Source: Candidatus Altimarinota bacterium (GTDB lineage: Bacteria > Patescibacteriota > Gracilibacteria > UBA1369). From it: a stretch of 32,000 bases of DNA. The stretch is taken from NCBI GenBank assembly GCA_041659405.1, contig JBAZYK010000002.1, forward strand, positions 127,974 to 159,973, in the 5' to 3' direction. A model generated the notes under the pieces. That model did no database searches. It was not told the origin of the DNA and saw only the letters and a program-made list of their open reading frames with translations. This document shows, piece after piece, positions 17,588 through 28,264 of this stretch (its first letter is position 1; every line of letters begins with the position of its first letter). Both the position numbers and the translations under genes were made by a program.

Positions 17588-17938
17588 CTATCGAAATTCC
17601 CTTTGGATTCTAGCCGAAGTCATCAAGGCATTAAAGACAATCAAACCCTGTTCAAGCATTGAGTCCTTTACTAATTCACTGGACAAATTTTGCCTTAACA
17701 TTTCCACTATTTCGAGCCAAATTTTTTCATATTTCACCCCACTCAAACCAAGCTTTTTACGCAAATCAATCCCCTTGCCATTTTTAATTTCAGCCACAAA
17801 TTCAGCTTGATTAGCTTGGATATAATCCAAGAGCAGTTTCTTTTCAAAAACAAGCCGTTTATCGGCTTTTATATCAAACAAAAGCTCTAAACGATCTTTA
17901 AAAGATTTTTGCTTTAATGTATGTTGTTCAAGCGACAT
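17588..17938 (-). CDS. Hypothetical protein, predicted mostly helical
   Basis: 116 aa ORF in a gap with no competing gene; composition resembles a real protein, but no family recognised. Confidence 0.55.
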   Translation of the reverse strand: MSLEQHTLKQKSFKDRLELLFDIKADKRLVFEKKLLLDYIQANQAEFVAEIKNGKGIDLRKKLGLSGVKYEKIWLEIVEMLRQNLSSELVKDSMLEQGLIVFNALMTSARIQREFR

Positions 17939-17975
17939 ATCAAGTTTAAAGGGATCTTCTTTTTACCACATTTAA

Positions 17976-18833
17976 TTGAACATGTCAAGACCAGCAACAC
18001 GCAAAATGGAAAAACCAACAATTTTCATTTTTTATGGAGTAGAAGGCACCCCGCAAGAAAACTGGTTTCCATGGCTTAAAAAAGAGCTAAAAGGAAGCCG
18101 CTATCAGGTCATTATTCCGCCACTTCCCACTCCACAAAAACAGACCTTAAAAGATTGGCTTAAAGCGTTTGAACCATACAAAAAGCATCTAAACTCGGAA
18201 AGCATTTTTATTGGTCATAGTTTAGGCGTTTTGTTTACCTTGAACCTGATCGAGAAATTCAAAATCAAAGCCGCTTATTTGGTAGCTGGATTTGGAAAAC
18301 TACCTGGAAACAAATTTGATGAAGGAATGAAAACTTTCGCCAAAAAATTTGATTGGAAAAAAATTCGCCAAAATTGTAAAAAGTTCTATGTTTTCGCCGG
18401 AGATAACGATCCTTATGTAAAATTGACGATTTCCAAGGATTTATCAAAAAAGACTCAAACTGATCTGATTCTTGTGCCAAACGGTGGCCACCTTAACCAG
18501 AGCGCCGGTTTTAAAAAATTCCCACTTCTTTTAGAAAAGATACAGAATGTGATAACCCCTTCCTTAAAAGCCAAAAGCCACTCCCCTTTCCAAATTGAAG
18601 AAGTCACTTTTGAAAAAGGCGAAATCATCGAAATCACACCAGACATGATCATTGGCGATGTAGTCTTAGCCTTTCCCGAAACTTTACCTGTTCTGCAAAA
18701 TATTGGAATTCATTGTATAGGTTGCTACGCAGCCACCTTTGAAAGCATTCAAGAAGGTGTAACAAAACACGGCCTGGACCCAAAAAAAGTCTGTAAAGAA
18801 CTCAATAAAGCCATCAGAAATGAACTTCGCTGA
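17976..18833 (+). CDS. RBBP9/YdeN-like serine hydrolase (alpha/beta) fused to C-terminal DUF1858 domain (true start may be 17982 or 18006)
   Basis: GTPQENWFPWLKKEL, FIGHSLGVLFTL (nucleophile elbow), AGDNDPYV, NGGHLNQSAGF. C-terminus: ITPDMIIGDVVLAFPETLPVLQNIGIHCIGCYAATFESIQEGVTKHGLD. Confidence 0.85.
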   Translation: MNMSRPATRKMEKPTIFIFYGVEGTPQENWFPWLKKELKGSRYQVIIPPLPTPQKQTLKDWLKAFEPYKKHLNSESIFIGHSLGVLFTLNLIEKFKIKAAYLVAGFGKLPGNKFDEGMKTFAKKFDWKKIRQNCKKFYVFAGDNDPYVKLTISKDLSKKTQTDLILVPNGGHLNQSAGFKKFPLLLEKIQNVITPSLKAKSHSPFQIEEVTFEKGEIIEITPDMIIGDVVLAFPETLPVLQNIGIHCIGCYAATFESIQEGVTKHGLDPKKVCKELNKAIRNELR

Positions 18834-20922
18834 AATCCTCTTTCCGCAAAAAATAGGTAACGACAGAGCCACGCTCACGTACCAAATTCCCGATTCCATC
18901 AATGCGCGAATCGGCCAGGTTGTGGAAATTCAACTTCGCAACAAAAAAATGAAAGGCGTTATTTTAAACATGCACAGCCAAACTCCCGAATATAAAACCA
19001 AAGAAATTTTGGGAATTGTCGAGAACGCACCTCATCTGGAACCTTCTCAAATTGAACTTTTACAATGGATAGCCCATTATTATTTTTGCCCTACTTATAA
19101 AGCATTAAAGCTGTTTTTGCCGATTCCGTTCATCAAAAAAAAGAAAATTATTGCGCCCGACTTTACCCAACAGGATGAATTACAAACCCTAAAAAGCCAC
19201 GCCCTTAATGCTGATCAGCTGCAAGTCCTGCAAACAATCGAGCAAAGTCAAAAAAAAGTTGCTTTGCTCCATGGAATTACCGGCTCCGGCAAAACCGAAA
19301 TATATCTTCACATAGCTGATAAACAGGTCCACGAAGGCAAGCAGGTTTTAATGCTGATTCCCGAAATTTCTTTAACCGCTCAAACCGTTCAGCGTTTTAA
19401 ACAGCATTTTCACCACAAAGTTGCGGTTATCCATAGCCAATTAACAGCCAAGGAAAAGGAAAAAGCCTGGCAAAGTATTCACAAAGAAGAAGCCAAAATC
19501 GTCATTGGATCACGCTCCGCGCTGTTCGCTCCCTTCAAAAATCTTGGTTTTATTATTTTGGACGAAGAGCACGATAGCAGCTACAAACAGGATCAATCGC
19601 CACATTACAACACTTTGGACGTAGCAATTAAAATGGCCGAAATTTTGAATATAAAAGTTCTAGCCGGTTCCGCTACGCCTTCACTGGAAACTTATTATCA
19701 GGCCAAACAGGGCAATTACGAGCTTGTGGAACTCAACGAACGCGCGACCAAAGAATTCGGCAGCACTTTACCAAAAACCACCATAGTTGATCTTCGTGAA
19801 GAAATTAAAAAGAAAAATTTTTCGATTTTCAGCGAAGCACTTCAAGCAAAATTAACCGACAAACTTCAAACACACGAACAGGCGATTCTTTTTTTGAACC
19901 GTCGTGGAGCCGCTTCCGCCGTACTCTGCCGCACTTGCGGATATATTGTGAAATGCGACAAATGTGACACCTCCATGACCTATCATCAAAGAATCTCGAT
20001 TGAAGGCGGAATTTATCAGGTAGATCGACTGATTTGCCATCACTGCGGCAAAATCGGTCAAGTTCCCAAAATCTGTCCAAAATGTGAAAGTGCTTACATC
20101 CGCTACCTGGGTTTGGGTACCCAAAGGGTGGAAGATGAAATGAACAAGCTTTTTCCGGTTGCCAAAGTAATCCGTGCCGATAGCGACACCACAACGCAAA
20201 GAGATAGCTTTAAAAACATTTACACAGCTTTCAAAAACCACGAAGCGGATATTTTAGTTGGAACGCAAATGATTTCCCTTGGCTTACATTTACCAAAAGT
20301 TAACCTGGTTGGAATAATTCTGGCTGATTTAAGCCTTACCATCCCAAATTTCCGTAGCGCCGAAAAAACTTTTCAACTTTTAACCCAGGTTTCCGGGCGA
20401 GCCGGTCGCGAATCCAACAATGGCGAAGTGGTTATTCAGACTTATTTGCCTAATAACTATGTAATTAAGAAAGCCGCCGCACACGATTATCTTGGATTTT
20501 ATGACCTGGAAATTGCTCTTCGTAATGAGCTTAAATATCCGCCATTCACTAAACTTATCAAATTAACGATTGCCGAAACAGATATCAAAAAAGCCAAAAA
20601 CAAAGCTGAAGAAATTTACCAAAAACTCCTCGCCCTTAACTCACACGACCCCAGTTCAGACACCCCGGCAAGTGTTGAAAAAAGCAGCGACATCTCGATT
20701 TATCCAGCACTGATACCAAGATTCCGCAATAAGTATCGTTGGCACATTTTAATCAACGGAGAAAATCCCCGAGAACTTCTAAAAAAATATTTACAGCAAA
20801 AAACAACGGCCCAGAGCACCCCAACCTTTGCACCCAAAACCATAAAATCCTCACCCTTCGCCAAAAAATTCACCGCAGAAAACCCACTAAAAATAGATGT
20901 AGATCCACTTTCTACCGTTTAA
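18820..20922 (+). CDS. priA: Primosomal protein N' (replication restart helicase PriA)
   Basis: 700 aa; GITGSGKTEIYLH, LIPEISLTAQTVQRF, IILDEEHDSSYKQDQSPHYNTLDVA, Zn-binding cysteines CRTCGYIVKCDKCD...CHHCGK...CPKCES, GTQRVEDEMNKLFP, ILVGTQMISLGLHLP, QVSGRAGR. Confidence 0.96.
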   Translation: MNFAEILFPQKIGNDRATLTYQIPDSINARIGQVVEIQLRNKKMKGVILNMHSQTPEYKTKEILGIVENAPHLEPSQIELLQWIAHYYFCPTYKALKLFLPIPFIKKKKIIAPDFTQQDELQTLKSHALNADQLQVLQTIEQSQKKVALLHGITGSGKTEIYLHIADKQVHEGKQVLMLIPEISLTAQTVQRFKQHFHHKVAVIHSQLTAKEKEKAWQSIHKEEAKIVIGSRSALFAPFKNLGFIILDEEHDSSYKQDQSPHYNTLDVAIKMAEILNIKVLAGSATPSLETYYQAKQGNYELVELNERATKEFGSTLPKTTIVDLREEIKKKNFSIFSEALQAKLTDKLQTHEQAILFLNRRGAASAVLCRTCGYIVKCDKCDTSMTYHQRISIEGGIYQVDRLICHHCGKIGQVPKICPKCESAYIRYLGLGTQRVEDEMNKLFPVAKVIRADSDTTTQRDSFKNIYTAFKNHEADILVGTQMISLGLHLPKVNLVGIILADLSLTIPNFRSAEKTFQLLTQVSGRAGRESNNGEVVIQTYLPNNYVIKKAAAHDYLGFYDLEIALRNELKYPPFTKLIKLTIAETDIKKAKNKAEEIYQKLLALNSHDPSSDTPASVEKSSDISIYPALIPRFRNKYRWHILINGENPRELLKKYLQQKTTAQSTPTFAPKTIKSSPFAKKFTAENPLKIDVDPLSTV

Positions 20923-20945
20923 CTTAAAGAAATAAAAAAATCTGC

Positions 20946-20951
20946 TATACT
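20946..20951 (+). promoter_or_regulatory. Candidate -10 box (TATACT) upstream of trpS
   Basis: TATACT in the priA-trpS gap, followed by GGG as at the tRNA-Arg candidate (TATAATGGG vs TATACTGGG). Weak -35 candidate TTAAAG at 20924-20929 with a 16 nt spacer. Confidence 0.4.
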
Positions 20952-21010
20952 GGGCAAGAAATTGAAGTTTCCATACTTATTTGATTCAAAATTTCAATAA
21001 AAGCAAAACT

Positions 21011-21994
21011 ATGAAGAAACGCATTCTTTCCGGGGTTCAAGCAAGCGGAACTCCTCATCTTGGCAATTATTTGGGAGCCATGAAAAACCACATTGCCATG
21101 CAGAATTCGCATGAATGTTTTATTTTTATTGCTGATTTGCACGCGCTCACAACGGTTAGAGATCCCAAAAAACTTCATGAATCAACCATTAATTTGGCCC
21201 TGGATTACCTTGCACTTGGACTTGACCCCGAAAAAACAACTTTTTTCCGCCAAAGTGATGTTCATGAACACACCGAACTTGCCTGGATTTTTAATTGTAT
21301 TACTCACATGGGTTTGATGGAACGCGCGCACGCTTATAAAGATGCCGTAGCCAAGGGCTTAAAAGATGCAACGGTCGGACTTTTCACCTACCCGATTTTA
21401 ATGGCTGCCGATATTTTGATGTATAAACCTGATCTTGTTCCGGTCGGAAAAGATCAAAAGCAGCACATTGAAATTGCCCAAGATATCGCCGAGAAATTTG
21501 ACCACCATTTTGGCGCTACTTTTAAGCGCCCGGAACCATATATTCCCGAAGATGTAGCCACAATTATCGGTACCGACGGCGAACACAAAATGAGCAAAAG
21601 CTACGGAAACGTAATTGAATTTTTTGCAGACGAAGCAACACTCAAAAAGCAGGTTATGGGCATAAAGACCGATTCAACAGCGTTGGAAGAGCCAAAAGAT
21701 CCAAACAAAGATACGGTTTTTAAACTATATTCTCACTTTGCTACAAAAACAGAAATCGAGGCTCTTGAACAGAAGTATCGTAAAGGCGGTTTTGGTTATG
21801 GTGATGCCAAAAAACTTCTCAATGAAAAAATACTCGAATATTTCGCTCCATATCGCAAAAAAAGAATTGAACTTGCCACTGATTTAGGATATGTTTATAG
21901 CGTTTTGAACAAAGGGGCGAAAAAAGCAAAAAAAGTCGCTGCCGCAACAATGTCCGAAGTGCGAAAAAAAATCGGACTCGAACTTGAAAATTAA
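21011..21994 (+). CDS. trpS: Tryptophanyl-tRNA synthetase (track ORF begins at 20981; MKKRILSGVQ start preferred)
   Basis: ILSGVQASGTPHLGNYLGAM (HIGH-like motif), PVGKDQKQHIEIAQDIAEKF, GTDGEHKMSKSYGN (KMSKS). Confidence 0.96.
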   Translation: MKKRILSGVQASGTPHLGNYLGAMKNHIAMQNSHECFIFIADLHALTTVRDPKKLHESTINLALDYLALGLDPEKTTFFRQSDVHEHTELAWIFNCITHMGLMERAHAYKDAVAKGLKDATVGLFTYPILMAADILMYKPDLVPVGKDQKQHIEIAQDIAEKFDHHFGATFKRPEPYIPEDVATIIGTDGEHKMSKSYGNVIEFFADEATLKKQVMGIKTDSTALEEPKDPNKDTVFKLYSHFATKTEIEALEQKYRKGGFGYGDAKKLLNEKILEYFAPYRKKRIELATDLGYVYSVLNKGAKKAKKVAAATMSEVRKKIGLELEN

Positions 21995-23635
<1,641 letters not shown>

Positions 23636-23650
23636 CAAAACACCATTTCA

Positions 23651-25036
23651 ATGCAAAAGTACCGTTATACCGTTATAAATCCAGAGAATAAAGAACTTAC
23701 GGGAACCATTGGTGCTCCCGACGAAAAAAGTGCCCGCGCGGAATTAAATCAATTGGGGTTTTCAATCATTTCCATAATTGCCATAGCCGAAAACGAAGAA
23801 GCCACAGCCACTTCCGATTTACCGAAATTCGAATTTTCCGCAACCGACAAAAACCTAAAAAAGGTCAACGGCACAATTCAGGCCGAAGACCGTTACGCGG
23901 CATACAAGCGATTGGTTAAAGAATATCTTTTGGAGGTTGAATATGTGATTGACCTTAATTTAACCGAAGAAGAAAAAGTAAAAGAACGTCAAAAAGGCGC
24001 ATTTGAGCTTCAAAACAAACTGGACGGAGAAGCCCTGGAAGAAAAAAAGAAAGCAGAAAAAGAAAATTTTGATTTTAAAGATTTCTCTGCGAAACAACAA
24101 ATACTACAGACCCAGGTCGATTTTGTTCTGGCAAAAGTTAAAGAACTTTTGGACCTGTACCAAAACGATTTAAAGCCGGACACTAAAGAAAAAATCCGTA
24201 AAAATGTCGATAAAATCCTCCGCATCAAAAACAGTACAAACCTCGATTATATCCGCAAATCATGTGAAGAATTACTCGATTTTTTGCAACAGGAAGAAAT
24301 ATTCCTTCACGAAGAACTAAAGAAAAAAGAAAAACTGGAAATTGCCATGGAAGTAAAAACCATGATGCTGCAACTGCACCAAAAAGGTAATCCAAACCGG
24401 AAAAAAACATTGGAAAGCCTACGTGAATGGCGAGCTGATCACATAACCAATAATGAACAACAAACGTTCCAGGATCATTTTATAAATTTCTGGATCGGTT
24501 TTTTGATCGGTTTTAATGAAGAAACCCCGGAAATGAAGGAGATTCGCGATAATTTGGCCAAAGTTCATGAACAAATAAAAGAAAATATCAGTATCTATTT
24601 TCAGGCAAAAGAAGAAGATCTAAAAGGACAAACCAGAGAAAATATTAAAACCTTTTGGCACATGCGCAAACAGTTAATGCGCAAACTAAAAGATCTAAAA
24701 AAACTGCAAAAGAAAGCTAAAAAACAACATGTTGGCAAAACCGGCCTGGAAAAACTTTCAGACGAAATCCTTTCTTTTAGTGGCTGGCTGTTAGCATTTT
24801 ATTTACTGTACTATTTCATTTCACTTTACCTTGGCAAAAAAGATTTTGGCATTGTTTTGCCCGGCCCAATTAACATCTACCACTCAATTTTCTTAAAATA
24901 TTTTTTGAGTATCCTCTTCCTGTTTCATGCCTCATTAAGCACCAAAATCAACTTTTTCAGAAGAAACGAAATTGCCACATTGGTGATTGTTCCTGCATTT
25001 CTGTTTGGATCTTTACTCATCATCTTGAATTTCTAA
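23651..25036 (+). CDS. Membrane protein with two N-terminal PilC/GspF-N-like motifs, a long charged helical region and C-terminal TM segments
   Basis: YRYTVINPENKELTGTIGAPDEKSARAELNQLGFSIISI and FEFSATDKNLKKVNGTIQAEDRYAAYKRLVKEYLLEVEYV resemble the PilC/GspF N-terminal motif; the C-terminus is hydrophobic (LAFYLLYYFISLYLG..., ILFLFHASL..., LVIVPAFLFGSLLIILNF). Confidence 0.75.
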   Translation: MQKYRYTVINPENKELTGTIGAPDEKSARAELNQLGFSIISIIAIAENEEATATSDLPKFEFSATDKNLKKVNGTIQAEDRYAAYKRLVKEYLLEVEYVIDLNLTEEEKVKERQKGAFELQNKLDGEALEEKKKAEKENFDFKDFSAKQQILQTQVDFVLAKVKELLDLYQNDLKPDTKEKIRKNVDKILRIKNSTNLDYIRKSCEELLDFLQQEEIFLHEELKKKEKLEIAMEVKTMMLQLHQKGNPNRKKTLESLREWRADHITNNEQQTFQDHFINFWIGFLIGFNEETPEMKEIRDNLAKVHEQIKENISIYFQAKEEDLKGQTRENIKTFWHMRKQLMRKLKDLKKLQKKAKKQHVGKTGLEKLSDEILSFSGWLLAFYLLYYFISLYLGKKDFGIVLPGPINIYHSIFLKYFLSILFLFHASLSTKINFFRRNEIATLVIVPAFLFGSLLIILNF

Positions 25037-25037
25037 T

Positions 25038-25799
25038 ATGTTTCCCATTTTATTGCAATTCGGTTCCATTACCATCTATGCCCTTTGGATTTTTATAGCG
25101 TTGGGCTTTTTCGCGACCCTGCTTGTACTTCACAGACTCATTCAAAAAGACCGCTCCAAACTGACTTTTATAGCAAACCATAGCCTGGCGATCTTCTTTG
25201 CCGGATTAATCGTTTCCAGACTTGCCTTTGTAATCAGAAACATTGATTATTTTTCTAAACATCTATCCGAAATATTTTTCATCTGGGATAAAGGACTATC
25301 CATCTGGGGTGCCCTTATTGGCATTACATTGGCCCTTATCTATTTTTGCCGCAAAAACCATGAAAACACACTACGTTGGTTGGATATCCTTATAATCAGC
25401 ATTTTAGCCGGTTTTGTGTGGGGAAACATCGGCGCTTTCCTGGACGGTAGAAACTATGGCAAAGAAACCAACCTGCCTTGGGGCGTTATTATAGAAAGCT
25501 CACGTTATGCCGTACCGATTCATCCAACTCAGATTTACGCAGCTATATACTGCCTTTTACTCACCATCATCCTTTATCAGCTTTATTTCCATGAAATTGG
25601 CAAAAAAGCAGGTCGTATTGCCTATCTTGGAGTCATTGCCTACACCACACTACGATTTATAGACGAATTTCTGCGCGGAGATGAAAGTAACTACTTTTTA
25701 GGACTGCGTGAAGCCCAAATCTACTGTTTACTTGCCATAATAGCGACTGGAGTAGTATGGTACGTCCGGCACAAAAAAAAGCCCATTATTAATTATTAA
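25038..25799 (+). CDS. lgt: Prolipoprotein diacylglyceryl transferase
   Basis: 253 aa; GLSIWGALIGITLALIYFCRK, GNIGAFLDGRNYGKETNLPWGV, YAVPIHPTQIYAAIYCLLL, RFIDEFLRGDE, multi-TM. Confidence 0.93.
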   Translation: MFPILLQFGSITIYALWIFIALGFFATLLVLHRLIQKDRSKLTFIANHSLAIFFAGLIVSRLAFVIRNIDYFSKHLSEIFFIWDKGLSIWGALIGITLALIYFCRKNHENTLRWLDILIISILAGFVWGNIGAFLDGRNYGKETNLPWGVIIESSRYAVPIHPTQIYAAIYCLLLTIILYQLYFHEIGKKAGRIAYLGVIAYTTLRFIDEFLRGDESNYFLGLREAQIYCLLAIIATGVVWYVRHKKKPIINY

Positions 25800-25811
25800 T
25801 TACTAACTATT

Positions 25812-26210
25812 ATGTACATCCTGGAATACTTTTTCACTCCAATGCCATCCCTACAGTTTCCATATTTAAAATTGTTAATTGCAATTGCAATTCTATTATT
25901 GGCAGCCTCAATTGCTTTAAGAATCGTAATCAAAAAAATGAAAGAAGATAAAGTCTTCAAAAAAACCTTCCGTGCTCTTCCGGGAAAACTGCAAACCCTA
26001 AGTATTTTTGAGTTTCTTTATATCATTTGTCGATATTTACAGTTACCTTTCCTTTCCGCCCGCATCCTCAACTACTTAATTTTAGGCATAGCCACTTTTT
26101 TAATCATCAAGAATCTGATTGTTTACTTCAAGAAATATCCCGAGACGAAAAAAGAGTATGAAAAACAAAAGCAACTCAATAAGTATATTCCAAGAAAAAA
26201 GCACTCATAA
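25812..26210 (+). CDS. Hypothetical small membrane protein
   Basis: 132 aa with about two TM helices (LLIAIAILLLAASIALRIVI and ARILNYLILGIATFLIIKNLIVYF) and a basic C-terminus. Confidence 0.7.
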   Translation: MYILEYFFTPMPSLQFPYLKLLIAIAILLLAASIALRIVIKKMKEDKVFKKTFRALPGKLQTLSIFEFLYIICRYLQLPFLSARILNYLILGIATFLIIKNLIVYFKKYPETKKEYEKQKQLNKYIPRKKHS

Positions 26211-26232
26211 GCCAAAATTTAAATAGACAAGC

Positions 26233-27627
26233 TTACAAAAGGGCTGAAGAAACCTCCGGATTAAGATTCAACACGTTCAATTTTTTGTCGTTCAAAAAAT
26301 AAACGCTATCTCTATTTATATAAAGATGGCTGGAAGTCTTGTCGAATAAAAGCGGATAAACATTTGTATAGGTCAAATCCGCCAATTGCAGCTTTTGTTG
26401 ATCGTCGGTGAAAATAAAATGACCATCACCCCTAAACCAGTTCCGAAGGGTAATATCTTTATCAAAACGATTAACCAAGATATTTTTTCTAAGCGAAGCA
26501 TCAAAGTAAAAAAGATCGTTTAGCCCCGCTAAATACAAAATATCTCCATTATTATTCAAAAAATAATCTTTAATTAAAGATGAAGTTACCGGATAATAAA
26601 TCCCATCAACGGAAATCGCATAAAGCTGCCTTTGATCTTTGCTGCGTAAAACAAGATAACCATAATCTTTCCCCTGCTGATAAGAAAGATTAACATACAC
26701 CGGCTGTACGTACGGCACTTTGCTAACGGTATAAACAGGCACCTCGTGCATGATTGGATCGACAGCCTGTACATTTTCACCAACAAACCCCGCACTAAAA
26801 AGTCGCCCTTTGGTTATATACATCAACCCTTTTGGCATAAGCACAAATTGATCGACAAGTTCCAAAATTTGGTAAACCTCACTATCTTTTAATGTCGTAA
26901 ATTTCCCCACCTTTTCAAAAGGAATACCATACAAAGCCGAATCAAGCATAAAATAAGCCATCCTTCGACCATAATCCATGGTCAAACGCCCATAATTATC
27001 CGGTAAAGCAAAAGTAAAAGTCTCTCCGGAATCAGTATCAAAGCTTTTAATCGTATGATTATCAAAGAAAATCAACAATTGAGTGGGACTAAAAAACTTC
27101 ACCTCCACAATTTTACCCACTCCTAAAGTAATATCATCCTGACGAGAAGTTCCATCTGCCAAAAAACTGGTTACACTGGCAAAATTATTGGCACGCACAG
27201 CAACTATTCCATGATCACCTTCAAAAAATTGCGTCTCGGAAGCAAAACTATTTACCACTTTTATGGCTGAACCAATATCTTCAGGCACCAATAAAAGATC
27301 ATCAACTCTTGTTACAAAATCATTGCGAACAATAAGCGACCTTTTCCAGGGCAAATAATGTAGTTTATCGACAGAAAGATTGTAAATACCGGGCAACACC
27401 CCCTTTATTTGATAAGGAATTTCGTTAGCCTGCAATTGATTATTCAAAGACAAACGAATATTTTTATAAACCGCAGTTATATCAATAATGCTCGTTTTTT
27501 TAATATTCTTGAACGTCAGATCCGACTGATATCCATACGCAAAAAAAAGAGCCACAAAACTAACGGCCATAAAGGCCAGAATACTCATCAATTTCAGGAA
27601 AAAAGATCCTAAACGTTTTGCAGTCAT
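26233..27627 (-). CDS. Membrane-anchored protein with PEGA-like N-terminal domain and beta-propeller-like C-terminal region
   Basis: N-terminal TM (LMSILAFMAVSFVALFFAYGY); YQIKGVLPGIYNLSVDKLHYLPWKRSLIVRNDFVTRVDDLLLVP is PEGA-like; beta-rich repeats follow. Confidence 0.7.
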   Translation of the reverse strand: MTAKRLGSFFLKLMSILAFMAVSFVALFFAYGYQSDLTFKNIKKTSIIDITAVYKNIRLSLNNQLQANEIPYQIKGVLPGIYNLSVDKLHYLPWKRSLIVRNDFVTRVDDLLLVPEDIGSAIKVVNSFASETQFFEGDHGIVAVRANNFASVTSFLADGTSRQDDITLGVGKIVEVKFFSPTQLLIFFDNHTIKSFDTDSGETFTFALPDNYGRLTMDYGRRMAYFMLDSALYGIPFEKVGKFTTLKDSEVYQILELVDQFVLMPKGLMYITKGRLFSAGFVGENVQAVDPIMHEVPVYTVSKVPYVQPVYVNLSYQQGKDYGYLVLRSKDQRQLYAISVDGIYYPVTSSLIKDYFLNNNGDILYLAGLNDLFYFDASLRKNILVNRFDKDITLRNWFRGDGHFIFTDDQQKLQLADLTYTNVYPLLFDKTSSHLYINRDSVYFLNDKKLNVLNLNPEVSSALL

Positions 27628-27633
27628 GTTTGA

Positions 27634-28140
27634 TTATACAAGCTTGATGACTTCATATTCCACAAACCCGGCTGGAACCTGAACTTTTACCTTATCCCCA
27701 ACTTTTTTATCCAAAAGGGCTTGCCCAACCGGAGACTCATTGGAGATTTTATGATTAAAAGGATCAGCTTCTGTTGAACCAACAATCGTATATTCTTCAT
27801 TTGGTCCTTTTTTGCTCAAATTCTTAAGAACTACCGAAGTTCCAAGTTGAATTGTAGCCAACAATTTATGTTTTTCTTCAATAATCTTTGCGTATTTAAC
27901 CTTTTCTTCAAGTTCAATGATGCGACCTTCAACAAAGGCCTGTTCATTTTTAGCCTCTTCATACTCGGAGTTTTCAGAAAGATCACCATAAGAAATCGCT
28001 TCTTTAATACGACCGGCAACCTCTTTGCGCTTGGTGTTAGTTAAATAATCAAGTTCTTCCTTTAATTTTTTTAAACCCTCTTTGGTCACCATAATCATTT
28101 TGCTCTCATCCTGAGCTTGAGTTGTAACGATATCTGCCAT
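27634..28140 (-). CDS. greA: Transcription elongation factor GreA
   Basis: MVTKEGLKKLKEELDYL, RKEVAGRIKEAISYGDLSENSEYEEAKNEQAFVEGRI, VGSTEADPFNHKISNESPVGQALLDKKVGDKVKVQVP. Confidence 0.96.
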   Translation of the reverse strand: MADIVTTQAQDESKMIMVTKEGLKKLKEELDYLTNTKRKEVAGRIKEAISYGDLSENSEYEEAKNEQAFVEGRIIELEEKVKYAKIIEEKHKLLATIQLGTSVVLKNLSKKGPNEEYTIVGSTEADPFNHKISNESPVGQALLDKKVGDKVKVQVPAGFVEYEVIKLV

Positions 28141-28216
28141 AGTTTTTCGATTAGTAATTAATAATGAGGTTCAGTTTGTGAAATATTGTCTTCGCACACA
28201 GGGCCCCTACCCCGGA

Positions 28217-28249
28217 TGTGCTCAGCCAACATTTCGCAAGCTGAACACA
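28217..28249. repeat. Imperfect inverted repeat (10-bp arms) in the greA-rpoD intergenic region
   Basis: TGTGCTCAGC (28217-28226) and GCTGAACACA (28240-28249), 9/10 complementary, 13-nt loop CAACATTTCGCAA. Confidence 0.65.
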
Positions 28250-28264
28250 GTTTTGTAATTAATA

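Noticed and set aside
17477-17662. 61-aa plus-strand ORF starting in the tRNA 3' end
   Set aside because: Overlaps the tRNA acceptor stem and the palindrome cluster, with no protein-like features.
19829-20241. 121- and 129-aa minus-strand ORFs
   Set aside because: Lie wholly within priA, opposite the zinc-binding region; shadow ORFs.
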